A stretch of DNA of 63,578 nucleotides, the filler included, from Streblomastix strix (taxonomy: Eukaryota), in the NCBI GenBank assembly GCA_008636045.1. It is 3 parts of 3 records of this genome, joined end to end, with 100 filler letters (N's around TTAATTAATTAA, not from the genome) between each part and the next. Parts side by side here need not be neighbours in the genome. Positions count along the whole stretch, not along the records: positions 21,253 to 42,379 come from SNRW01000396.1; 2 more parts are not named here. One strand, given 5' to 3'. This document shows, piece after piece, positions 24,420 through 37,585 of the stretch. The notes beneath the pieces were generated by a model, which saw only the letters and a list, made by a program, of their open reading frames with translations, was not told where the DNA came from and made no database searches. The position numbers and the translations under genes are program-made. Numbering within the stretch: position 1 is the first letter of the stretch; each line of letters opens with the position of its first letter.

Positions 24420-25088
24420 TTTAAGATGATGTAACAAAATCAACCCCCAAAACTCGGCTGGTGGGTATATCAAAATATTTTTAAAAATGAAACAAATGTT
24501 TAGAGAAAAAATTAAAAATAAATAAATAATCCAAGTAATTGAAGTAAATCGTTCGTAAAATAGAAAAATTTAGTATTATTTAGTTATAAAAAATGCATAT
24601 TTAATCAATACTTATATTTTAAATTAATAGTAATTTACAAAACACGAAAAAATAGCAATTAATAAAATTAATAGAGTTTTAAAACGGATTTAAGGTAATG
24701 GTTAATTTTATATGTTTAAATATGTTGAAAAGCAAGTATATTCAAAAACTAATATAGAAATGAATTGTAAATATATGTGCAGACAGAATAACCGTTTGGG
24801 GAATAAATTTAACCTAAATTTCATAACATTTAATTATTTAATCATAAATTCATTAAAATATACTCAAAAAATCATAAAACATATTTATTTAAACTAGTGA
24901 GGTATAAAACGAGGGCGATTAATGCTAATCATTCATAAAAAATAAATAGACAATAAAATTGAAAGTAAAATTATTAGACAATAGGGTTAATACAAGAATT
25001 TATCAATAAAAATCTAACAATAATCAAACTCACTAGATTAATACTCATATTATTTTTCAATTATCTTAATTTAAACTCGTCCATATCT

Positions 25089-25726
25089 TCACCATTCAAT
25101 TGCTCTTTCTCCAGGAATCTTAACAGACATCGGAGCTGTGATTCTCTTCAGGGAAACTACAGTGAAGGATGAGGATTGATAATACAAACACCCCTAATTA
25201 AATAATATGAATACGAAAAACAAGGAAAATAAAGAATTATTTTAAAAAATTATATATTTCTCTCCAATCTCAAATTAACTCTAATTTCCATCAATATATA
25301 TTTATTCATACAAATATCTTCACAGGTTCTACAATGCCCTTCACAAACACTTTCTGCTGTGTCAAATCAATGAAGAAGTGCAGTTCACCTTTTCTAGTGT
25401 TCAATTCAATACCAATTAAATGGTCGTCGCATTTGAAGGGATCATTTCCTTCATATTTGCACTGTTTGTAGAAGATTAAGCCTCGTCTGTGAAATATGAA
25501 TAAAAATTATGAAAATTATGCAATTAATGAGAGAAATGATATGTTAATGATAATATATGAATACGTATAATATATAATTATTATTTTTTATTGTTTCCAT
25601 ACGTTCCGTAGTAGCACAACATGTTGTCATTTGCTGAATATTAATATTATATTTAAATACATATAATAGTAAAAAAAATTGTTATATAACAATTAATAAT
25701 TATTTCGCTATCTTTCACAATCATAA

Positions 25727-25787
<61 letters not shown>

Positions 25788-28700
25788 CCCTCATCTCTCA
25801 TCGGGTTAATCTTCACTATATTAGCTCCATTATTCACTTTTACTCTGTTAATAGCCTGAATATCAGCCACATTCTTCATAACGCCAACCAGTCTTCCATC
25901 TTATTCATTCACTTTGAATTGGAATTGAATGAAGAAGATTCCGGAATTGGGTTGGAAGATGCGTTTTATGGGGACTGGGAAGTGGTGCTTCTGTTTTATA
26001 TAGGTGTGAGTATATGAATGATTGAGTAAATTAAAATATATTAAATAGATACAATATATTATAAGATGTATTGTAAAATTAATATTGAATTACTAAATAC
26101 CTACAATGTAATTGCTTTTCTGATCAAACCACCTTCTTTCTCCAAATTAAGATCATCAAATCCAATGTTCTCCAATGAAAATGATATTTCTATATATATG
26201 AATAAATGAAATGGAATAAATTATAAAATATAAATATATTGAAATATTAAATATATATAATAAAAGCATATATTATCATACAACTTTCAGCATCAGCATT
26301 CGCATTAATTTGATGAAACGCAGGAATTTGCAGATTCTAAACCAAAGTTGGAGAACTTAAAGATGATGAAGAAGAAGATGATGATTATAATGAATACAAT
26401 TATGATTATGGATAGTATTAAACTTATTATGATTATGAAGACAAGAAAAATAGTTAGTCAGATGATGGTTAATATGGTTCATCTAATTGCTAGTGTTATT
26501 ATTCTTATAATTATAATGAAGAAGAATGCTATATTTAATGTTATGGTTGCTATTAGAAAGAAAATTATAATTAATTATCAAGTGATTATGCATGTATCAA
26601 CTCATTTGGCTAATCTAATTACAATAATTACTATTCATGATCATTTTACTATTGCTATTATTGTTATTATTAGTGGTCGCCTTATTATTATTACTATTAA
26701 AGATACTTATTTTGAGACGGAAGTCTAAATGGGACACTTGGCGGTGGATGTTTTGGTGGCTTTGGAATGTTTTGAATTGATGGTGTTTGAATTCTGGGTT
26801 ATTATGGAGGTTATACTGAAGGTTATTTTATTGAAGGTTATATTGAAGGTTATATTGTTTAAGGTTATATTATTGGATTTAATATTGAAGGTTATATTAT
26901 TGGATTTAATATTGAAGATTATATTGTTGGAGTTTGTATTCTTAGTTGTAATGGAGGTTACAATGGAGGAACAATAATAATTGGAGGAAGTTATGGATAT
27001 GAAGGAAGTGGATTGGGAGATGGAGAAGAAGATGATGAAGATGCATTTGAAGATGATTGAGGTTATTATTATTGAAGTTGTTATTGTTATTGTAGTAGTT
27101 GAATTATTGGTGGAGATTATTATTATTATTATTATTATTAATCAGATTGTTAAGAAATAACTGATGATTGTTATTGTACTTAAGGTATATTTAAGGGTTA
27201 TTATTATTACTATTATTATTAAACAAATGGTGAAATTTATTATTATGATAATTATGAAGATGAAGAAGATGATTATTATAATAATGAATTTGATGGTTAA
27301 GATAATTATTGAATAATTGGCGAATTTTATTATTATTGAATATTTGGCGAATTTTATAGTAATTAAATATTTGGCGAAGATTACTATTATTAAATTATTG
27401 GTGAAGCTAATTATTAAATAGTTGAAATTTATTGTTAAATTGTAGAAATTTATTATAGAATAGCTTGGGAAGTTTATTATAATTAATCTTATTATTCTAA
27501 ATCAGATGATACCTACTAATAAGAAGATAAAATAGAAGATTACTATTATTAAGGTTATGATAGTGAATTCTGCAATAATAATGATTATGATTATGATTAT
27601 TGATCTTAATTTGATGCTTATTAATCTGGAACAGAGAAATCAATTAATGAAGTGTCTGATGATGAAGATGAAGAAGTTGAAGTTGAGAAATTAGATTCAA
27701 ATGATTCAGAATCACTATCTGATTATTTCTATTTTTATTTGGATTATTATTTAGATTATTATTCAGATTGCTATTCAGATTGTTATTTGGAAGAAGATGA
27801 AGATTTTCTTGGGCTTCTTTTGTTTTTCTTTTTTGAAGAATTATTTTAATCTTTGTTTTACTCATTTTCAATATTTCTTTCTATTATTTATTATTTCTTT
27901 TATTCAACTTTAATATCTTACTATTCAACATCTGTTTATACACAAACATCTGAATTCTATATTTACTTTCTTTAGCTTAAGATTAACCACACATTATCTT
28001 ATTCTAATTAATTTGTTTTTTGCTGTAAATCTTCATTTTTTTATTCAGAAATATTCAGTTTTTATTCGAGATTTTATTATATTGTTTTTGCTTAATTTAA
28101 TTATTCATTATATTCTTATAACTACTATTCATTGATTTATGTTTATTTCTTCAACTATTATGTTAATTCTCCATTTTATAGTACAATTTTCACTAATTTG
28201 TCTTGAATGAGTGTTATTTCAGATTGGAGATTTATTATTTATTATTCTTTTTCTTTTACCAATTCTTTTTCCTTTTCTAATTCTTTTTCTAATTCTTTTT
28301 CTTTTTCATTATTATTATTTTCATTATTATTGTTGTTGTTCTAATCTATATTATCCCCTTTAAAATATATCAGCAATTCCTCTTCATACTGTTTTATCAG
28401 TTACTAATTTGTTCCTATAGTCTCCTGAGCCAATCTTAACTGTTCTTATTCAAAATAAAGCCTTTCTTCAGTTTATTTCAACTTTTCATCGCTTTTCTTC
28501 TTGTTTTCAGAAAATTGTTTGTTTTCATCTTATCTCCATTTGTTCTCATCTTCAATTCTCTTCAATAATTCATCTTTATTTTGCAATTCTTGCTCCAATT
28601 GTTGCATTTGTATTTAATTCCTGTTCTTTTCATCTTCTATTACTTTAATTCTCTCAAAAATGACTCCTTTTTCAGCTTCTATTCGTTAGTTCAATAACAA

Positions 28701-29997
28701 GACATGCTAAACATCTTCTTGTTTTATCAGAATTTCTTTTTTCAGTTCTTCAATCGCATTAACATAAATTGAGATTTATATGATCAAATCTTCTTCTTAT
28801 TCTTATTACACTTATTAATCTTTCCTATTTTGAGTCACTTTCTCCTAATTTTATTCATTTTCTTATCTTTCTTTCTAATTTCCTTAATCTTTCTTCTACT
28901 CTTCCCTCTTAGGAATATCCAACTTCTTCCTCTTCCACAAGTAAATGAAGTTATTCGCTGCTGCAGACACAAAATCATCCTCGTCGTTAATATACTCAAC
29001 AAGCACATAGTACAGATTGGATGGAATAAGCTGCCCTTGTCCAGATGTGATTATGCTGGTGACTATACGAAACGCAGAATGGATCTTGTTTCGTGATGAT
29101 GATGATGATGTTAAGTTTGATGATGATTATGATTCATTTAATGGTTATGGCGTTTAAATTTATTATGAATTGGGTTATGAAGATGCATTTTATTCACTTT
29201 GTATTAAGTATTCTACGAAATCCAGAATTTAAATCACAATTTCTTTATAAAAACTATTAGTATTGATATCAAGACTTTTACTAATATCATCAATTTTTAT
29301 ACTCCTATTCAAATTGGCTGTATTCTAATTAGCTGTAAATAAAGCTCCTTTCTCAACAAGTTAGCATAATGCTTATATAGCAGCATTACTTAACTCTTTG
29401 TCTTCGTGCTGAATATTATATATTATCAGTAAACAAATAAAAAGAAAGAAAGGTTCAAATAAATTAAACAAATAAATGAATAAATTGAAAATTTAATGTA
29501 GATAATATTAATAATAATTAATTGGCAAACAACTGCAATTACTCTCAAATTAGTGACCATTTCTTTGGCAGAGCTTAAATCGCCTTTATTGACAATTTAA
29601 TTTTTTATTAGTGCAACTGATTACGAACAAAGTTGCTATTTTAGTAAATAGTTCATAAAAATATATAAATAGATAAAATAATTTATCAAACTCTATCTTC
29701 AGAAGTTCCAGATGAGAACAAATCAACTAAAATGAGCAAGAGTCGTCCTGTCTCTGCTGGAAAAGTACTCCACAGTTCTATAGAAACACAAATATTAGTA
29801 AAAAAAGAAGATAAACAAGACAAACATCTCGACGCTGTGTTAAGGAGGTTAATAAGAGCTATTCGTTTATCATCTATATTTCCACATAAAAAGACTCGGA
29901 TATGATCTTCAATGATAGCAAGTGATTATGCACTTTCTGGTTCGAAAATTTCACGGTTTTTTGATGGAAGTGAAAGTCTCAATGTCTCTGATGCCAT
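25089..29997 (-). CDS. Large protein: N-terminal ARM-like helices, coiled coil, Gln/Ser/Pro low-complexity region, C-terminal SPRY/B30.2-like domain
   Basis: Starts MASETLRLSLPSKNREIFEPESAQ. The C-terminal exons LIGIELNTRKGELHFFIDLTQQKVFVKGIVEPVKIF|GCLYYQSSSFTVVSLKRI...IEW* match the SPRY tail pattern. Confidence 0.7.
25730..25783. repeat. (TA)n microsatellite inside an intron
   Basis: About 27 TA units. Confidence 0.95.
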
Positions 29998-30262
29998 CTT
30001 CGATTCTAATAATTTGAATGTATTTAATGATTAAAATAAAAGTGAAATATTATTAATTACTCTGTACGAAATTTTTCATTTTCGTGCTATTAAAGATTTA
30101 TTGAAAAAAATTTCTAACATTTTTAATCTGGTATGAAGGACATTCGATAATACAATAATAGTTCAAACGATAATAAAATACATTGGAATATAAAAATTAC
30201 AATGTTAAAGGATTAATATCTTTGCAATGGTTTGAATTCTGCAATTCTATCAATCCTGAATA

Positions 30263-31720
30263 ATGAGCGAGATTGTGCATATATAGCTAGGACAATGTGG
30301 GTACGGTTTTGAATTTATATAAATATTGCTGTGATTAAACAAATATTTAATATTTAACATTCGATGCGCGAAATTTCAATAAATCATAATTTGTAATTTT
30401 TTACTTGATAACAGCAATTAGGTTGGATCAAAATTCTGGGAAACTATTTCTGATGAGCATGGTATTGATCCATCTGGTTTCTTTCACGGAGAGTCTGAGC
30501 TTTTGCTTGAAAGAATCGAAGTTTACTTCAATGAAGTGGCAGGCGGTAAGTACGTTCCTCGTAATATCAGTGTTGATCTCGAGCCAGGAACGATAGATTC
30601 AGTGCGTGCTGGACCATTCGGATAACTATTCTGTCCAGATAACTTCATCTTCGGACAGACAGGAGCTAGAAACAACTGGGCGAAAGGACATTACGTAGAA
30701 GGAGCATAACTAATCGACAATGTTCTTGATGTAGTCCGTAAGGAAGCAGAAGGATGCGACCATTTGCAAGGTTTCTAGATCTTCCACTCACTTGGTGGAG
30801 GTACAGGAGCTGGAATGGGAACTCTATTACTTGAATAGCTCCGTGTTGAATATCCAGATCGTATGATGTGCACTTTCTCAGTTATTCCATCACAAAAAGT
30901 GTCTGATACAGTTGTTGAACCATACAACTTTGGACTTTCGTTGAAGTACATACTAGACAATGTTGATGAAGTAATATGCATTGATAATGAAGCCTTATAT
31001 AATATCTGCTTTAAAACACTGAAGCTTACAACACCAACATATGGAGATCTGAACTATATTATATCACATACATTGAGTGGAGTAACATGCAGCTTAAGAT
31101 TCCCTGATTAACTCAACACAGATCTTCGGATGCTTACTATGAACCTTGTTCCTTTTCCTAGACTAAAATTCTTATTGATTGGATAAGCACCTATAAGATC
31201 ATGAGGAAGTTCAGCTCCATATGTAGGATGGAGATTAATTGATTAGATTCCGTATGTCTTTGATTCTAAGTGTCAAATGTCTGCAGTTGATCCACGACTT
31301 GGAAGAACCTTTTCTGGGTATTGTACTATAAGAGGACGTATCTCTATAAAAGAAGTTGATTAATTGATGATGAGTTGTATTGATAAAGATTCGAAATAAT
31401 TTGTGAAATGGATTCCAAGCAGTACCAAATGGTCAATATGTGATATCCCTCCAAAATGCATAGGTAAATCTACAACATTCATTTCAAACTCAACTGCAAT
31501 ACAAGATGTGTTCAAACGATTCTCCTAATAATTCAACACTTTGTTCAAACGTAAAGCTTTCTTGCATTGGTATACTGGTGAAGGTATGGAATAAGAAGAA
31601 TTCACAGAAGCACAATAGGTTATGTATGATCTGATTAATGAATATCAGCAGTTTCATACCTCGTTTTCAATTAGTGATTAAACAGAAAATAAAATAGATA
31701 AGATCAATGAGACAACATGA
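30263..31720 (+). pseudogene. Divergent beta-tubulin paralogue with one in-frame TGA
   Basis: MSEIVHIQLGQCG|NQVGSKFWE, DLEPGT, NNWAKGHY, HSLGGGTGAGMG, VVEPYN and KAFLHWYTGEGM. Intron 30301-30414; 448 codons. TGA at 31202-31204 replaces the Arg of the SRGS motif. Confidence 0.9.
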
Positions 31721-32235
31721 TACATTTACTGTAAAATGTTTATATTGTCGAAGAAAATGAAAATTGGATTAATTTTATTGAATTGTCTTTGGCTTATGAT
31801 TTTGGTAGATGCTATTCTTATCTATATTTTTATTTTTAATTAATAAAATTTATCAAAAAACAAAACAAAATAAAACATAATTGATACTTTATGTATTTAT
31901 GAAGTGATGCAAATACTGACATTCATAAATATAAATAAAATCACTAAATAGAGCATGTAGGAACTGGTTTTGGATTTGTGTTATCTTTGTCAAACTTAAG
32001 AAATCTTAAAGAATATGGAATTTCACATTTGCTCAATGGCTAAGAAAGGAGAAGTTGGTAAATTAGATTAAAAAATTTTCTAAAATTATTTTTTATAATC
32101 AATTTTATTATTTCTCTTAATTTTAACCTATTTTTTTCGACGAAAAAAATTTTTTTGTTTATTTTTCACTTTTACGTTATATTTTGAATTGAATTATTTT
32201 TAAAGCAGGATAATCAAACTAATGAAATAAATATA

Positions 32236-34467
32236 ATGCTATCTAATCCATTAGACATGATTCAAAGCATCAGTACGAGCTCTGGAAAAAGATTGAAACA
32301 AAATTTAAGGTAAATCATTGAAAGCTGTGTTTCCTGTTTGTTTATAGCTATTAAATTAGAATTATATTTTTATTAAAATTCAATTTTTTAAATTAATAAT
32401 ATTTTTAGCACCGGAGACTTGTTAATTATTTATTGGAGAAAAAATTATACCAAAAATCGTTTAAATTCATGGTCGAGAAGGTTCTGATTTTGAAACTAAG
32501 GTAATTTTATTATTAATAAATACTTTATTCATACTCTCAATTTTGAAACTGTTATATACATGCTAGAATCTGTGTATTATGGTCATAGAAACGCTTAGAT
32601 TGGTTGGTCAGTAAGGATAATAACAATTAGATCTTATATTTATAGAATAAAAATAGAAAGAGATGTAAAAGAATTAAAAATTATTGATGGAGAAAATCGA
32701 AATCGCAGAAAGAAAAGCAAACCATGCTGAAAAAAGAGCGAAACGTGCAGAATAAATGGTTTTAAATGCAGAAACCAAGATTGAAATTGCAGAAAATAAT
32801 TTGAAATAAGCATTTGAAGACAAGAATATTGTTTTTAGGAGAATGGTTGCACATTTCTCATAACCTCTTGCCAATGTAGAAGAAATAAGAAATGAACAAT
32901 TAGAAAAAGAGGAAAATGACTGCAATTTCTTATCAACAATGTTTGAAGGTCATTAAAACATCTAAATGAAACAACTTTCTGTTGAGTTGGGTTTGTTTGA
33001 TACTTTCATACAAATATTTCAGACCCGAGATCTTCAGTTCATATTCAATTATCATTCGAGTGTTTTTCTTGCTATTGTTTCCAATAATGTTATTGATGTC
33101 AAACAAATGATGATTGAATAAAAGCTACAACCGTTTTAAGGGTTACTTCGATTGCTCGACCATGAAGATATTGATGTTGTTATTAACTCATTAACATCAA
33201 TCTATAATATTTGTGTTGATACAATTGAGTCAGATCTTTCTGCTTTTCCTTCCTATATTTACAATGCTATATCTGAAGATGGTGGAACAGGGAAGATATT
33301 TTAGACTTTTAAACACAGTATTTATGAAAATATTTAAAACATGGCTGCTTTAATTCTTGCACTGATGCATCAAGGTCGTTAAATGGTTAACTTATAAATG
33401 TAAGAGTAAATTATAGCTCATTTGTTATCTTTACAACATGATGAAAATAATTAAATTTTAAAAGCTGCATTTAAAAGAATTTTAGGACTAATTTCTAATA
33501 AATGTATGTACTATTTATTTATAATTTTAATTATTGTTAAATAATGATTGTTTTTGCTTAATTTTTCAATATATTTTTTATTATATTTTATCATAATATA
33601 AAATAGCTAATCTTGCTGAAGTCTTGAAGAGGGTTGATCTACAGAAAATTGCGTAGAACTTGAAATTACCTTTCAATATTTAAAGCGAATAAGACAATTA
33701 ACAAATTAATTATGGTTAATAAAAAGACTGCCTACTTCTATCAGCATTATTGAATAACCGACTTGATGATACATTTCGGAAGTAAATTGTTAATTCAGGA
33801 ATTTTAGAAGCATTTCAGGTCATTTTCAACTCACAACCATTAGATTAAATCTAAAAAACATATTACACCACATTTTTTAATATCATTTCACCATCAAACG
33901 AGTAATTCAAACTGTTTCTATGTGACAACGATATCTACCAGACCCTTGTGCACCTTCTTGACTGCCCAGACAACTCAGTAGTTGATTATTCACTCACTGC
34001 CATAACAAACATTCTTCTGGCTGGAATTAGAAACTCACCTTCAATTTCCCATCATCCGCATTACAGGACATTAACAGCATTTTTTGGGATACAGAAGATA
34101 TACACTATTTTCGCACAGACGCAGAGTAAGCATTGCAAAGATCAGGCTGCGATATGCCTTGGATGGGCATTCCGTGCGCGTGAGCTTACATCTAATATGC
34201 AGAGACCAATAATCCATTATCTCACGAATCTTCTGAATGATGATGATGACTGGAGTAAGAATGCTGCGCAATCTGCACTGAACAGTCTTGCGTAGGATAG
34301 TTGTATGATATTATTATAGACTAGTAAGTAAATTATAGTTTTTTATATTAATTCTTATTCAATTCGTTTTTCTATTTAAATAATACAATTTAGCAAATAG
34401 AACCCAGATTGAAAAGTATGGGTTTTCTCTAGGTAGACAATAAGGTTAGACATATAACGAGGAGTGA
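32236..34467 (+). CDS. Coiled-coil plus armadillo-repeat protein, multi-exon
   Basis: ARM-like repeats LLRLLDHEDIDVVINSLTSIYNI and LVHLLDCPDNSVVDYSLTAITNILLAG...CKDQAAICLGWAFRAREL. GT-AG introns; TGA at 34465-34467. Confidence 0.75.
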
Positions 34468-35232
34468 ATTAATATAGTTATTCCATGAAAATGCGTCTTT
34501 AGTTATTTTCTTTTCTATTAGAGCAACCTTCTCTTACTTTTTATTATAGTCATATTCATTATTTTTTACTTTGGGTATTATTCAATAATTTAACAGATTG
34601 AATTTTAAGATGTTTCAATAATTTAAAATGAGTAAATATAGTTTGTATGTATATACAAATAAAAATTAATATTATGGAGTGAAATTTTAATAAGAATATA
34701 AGCTTTTCTACTTGTTTTTATTTGTTTTTACCCCATCAAACTAAATAAAATTTGATTATCTCCAAATTCAAGCTAAATTGTTATTTTTTGCATATGAAAT
34801 AAAATTTAAAACAACAATAAATACAATTTATTTAATTTTCAAAACGATTACAACAATGAACACGATTTTATTATGTTTTTGAAAAAAATAATTTTTTACA
34901 CTATTTATAACTCAAAATTAATTTTACTCGATATTTTTATTTATTATTTTGAGTAATGTAATATTAAATGTAATATTATTTATTTTTAACAATTATATAC
35001 CTTGTTATTTTCTATTGAAAAAGATTTCATAAAACAAGCATAGAAAACAGAAATTCTAACGATTTTCTGTCTTTTTGTATAATATTATATGCATACATAT
35101 TATATCTAAAAATTTAATTATATATTCCAACTATAATTTTAAATATAAGACTCTATTTAGTGCATTTTGACAAAATCTATTAAATTTTCATATAATTTTA
35201 TAACAATCTCCTTTTATAATACAGCCTTATTA

Positions 35233-37233
35233 ATGGAACCTTTACAGATTGAGAATTAACAAAACTCATAAGATATTCAACCTCTTCGCTTGTATCGCAG
35301 GCGATGGTGGATCATGGGCATGTTCGGTATACTACAAATATTAAATGGAGCTGCAATGAATGTGTATGTTGCTGCACCACAGAGCTCATGCGAGTATTAC
35401 AAGGAGGGAAATATTACTATGAGCGACCTCAATTTATCCATGTCTATTGGTTTATTAAATTTTGTTACTGTTCATTATTTGTTTATTTATTTATTAATGT
35501 TACTTTTAATTACATTCATAGTTTTTTTATCAAAATGAATTATTTTTATATTTTGTTCACTTTTAACAGGTGCTGCTGTATTTGAAGTTTCAGTCATCCT
35601 AATGATGATCTTACAAGCCCGATTCTACAACATGCGAGCCATGACACTCATTTCAGCGTGGTCATTAGCATTATCATCGATTGTTAGATTAATCCCCACA
35701 TGGATTCCTTCATTAATGAAAAAAGCAAATGGTTTCATAATCGCATAAGCTGTTCTATCCATGATCGGTGTTGCATTCAGCTGCTCAATACCAGCACAAG
35801 CCAGTGCAACTTGGTTTGATGCCAAAAATCGAGAATTCGTTCTGGGAATTTTATCTCAACTCGATGCTGGTGGAATTGCGATTGGTTTCTTAGTATTCCC
35901 ATATATTGCATAGAATGGGTCACATATGGCTGATGTATTGTATATACTGTTTATAAGCTAAATTGTTGTTACTTTGCTGATTACATTATATTTCCCATCT
36001 AAACCTCCAAGTCCGCCTTCATACTCAGAATCATACAAAAGAGAAGCGAAAAATGATTAAATTTAGTAAAAAGATCAAAATTAAAGTAAAATACTACAAT
36101 AAAACAGTCTTCATGCTGTGAGAGATGCTAAATTTAAATAGAAAACTAAATCTAGTCATGAATATAATGATTCACTATATAAACCATTATCCCCAGAACC
36201 TCCTCAATCAATTCAATCATATGGATTATTCACACCAACTGAATAACCTTCACAAATAGATTAATATTAAACTCCTTCTTATAATTCAGACATTGGAGAT
36301 TCTGTTGATAATAATATAGATGAAGTTTAAATGACTTAGGTAGATTAGAACCAGGACGAAGGTTAATTTAATTAGTAATTAGAAGCAAATTAAGATAATG
36401 TTCCTTCCACTTCACATACAGATACAATTCTATAATCTTCATCTTCATCATAGATTTCCCCATAAAACTCGCATGCTTCATCAATTATACACCTTCATTC
36501 ATCCTCACACTTGGATTCACTTCCAACATCACTATAATCAGTGAAATAACAACTTAAATGCATATTTCGTCCTCAAATGCTCATCTTCTTCATTACAAGT
36601 GGACTTCATTTTGGACCTGTGTTTGCATGGAATGGGAACATAACTTTTCTTCTCACTCAAACAGGACTCTCTGAGTCGATTTCTGGAATTGCATCGTTTC
36701 TCGCTGTTGTTGGGAATGCGCTTGGTGGAATTGTTGTTTCTTATATAGCTCAGAAGTTCATCAAAAGAAAAGAGAAGAAAATAAATTTGATTCTTTTTGC
36801 TGCTTCAGATTTATTCATGTTCATTATTATGCTGCTGCTTCCACTTCCAGGAAAAAGCTCAAATGGAGAATCAAATAAGATTCTCGCAAAGACTCCAGCT
36901 TCAATACTCGTAATTCTAAGCACACTCGCAGGATCAGCGGGAATCACTGCATATCCACTTTTTTTTGTTATGGCAGCCGAACTCACATTTCCTGAAGTAT
37001 CAGAAGCAGTGACAGCTGGAGCTGTTGAATTTAGTAGTTTGTTGGTTAAATCGTTGGTTTTACTCGTGTTTTCATTGGTTGGCGTCGAGTTCATGACCAT
37101 ACTTACATTTGTGCTGCTTATGGCAAGCACAATCATGATTCCTTTCATTCGCATGGAATATCGAAGATCGATATTGGAAGATAAAAAATAATAGTAGTAT
37201 GAATTATCTAATGAATAGAGGATAAATATTTGA
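35233..37233 (+). CDS. MFS transporter, SLC49/FLVCR/DIRC2-like, with a long central Gln/Ser loop
   Basis: RLYRRRWW, PAQASATWFDAKNRE, YFPSKPPSPPSYS and PLFFVMAAELTFPEVSEA motifs. One intron at ~35450-35569; about 12 hydrophobic segments. Confidence 0.85.
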
Positions 37234-37585
37234 TCATTGAGGTAAATTTTATAAAATTTTATTTAATAAACAACTTTAATCATATTCAATTTAAATTTGT
37301 TATAATGATTATTTATTGTTGGATTTACATCTGACTCAAAAAATGAACTATATGAAATATTAAAAAAACTAAGAATAAGATAATTAACTTTTCTAATTAA
37401 ATAATAATGCTATTTGAAATTAGAAAAGGTATTAATAGAAATGAATAGGCTCTTTAAATAAATGAAAATAACACTATAGAAATTATCAGAATTTAAAGTG
37501 TAAAATGCATAAAAAAGATTATGTAAAGAAATATACTATACTAATACCAAATTTAAGGCTATAATTCTATCATAAAATCTTATAC

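Noticed and set aside
26348..28000. Hydrophobic Ile/Leu/Met-rich plus-strand ORFs in the track (also 39-42 kb, 48-50 kb, 60-62 kb)
   Set aside because: They are antisense shadows of Gln/Ser/Asn-rich minus-strand genes, produced by using the wrong genetic code.
31202..31204. Selenocysteine or recoded TGA in tubulin
   Set aside because: The position is a conserved Arg (one change from CGA/AGA), no SECIS is evident, and TGA is the only stop elsewhere.
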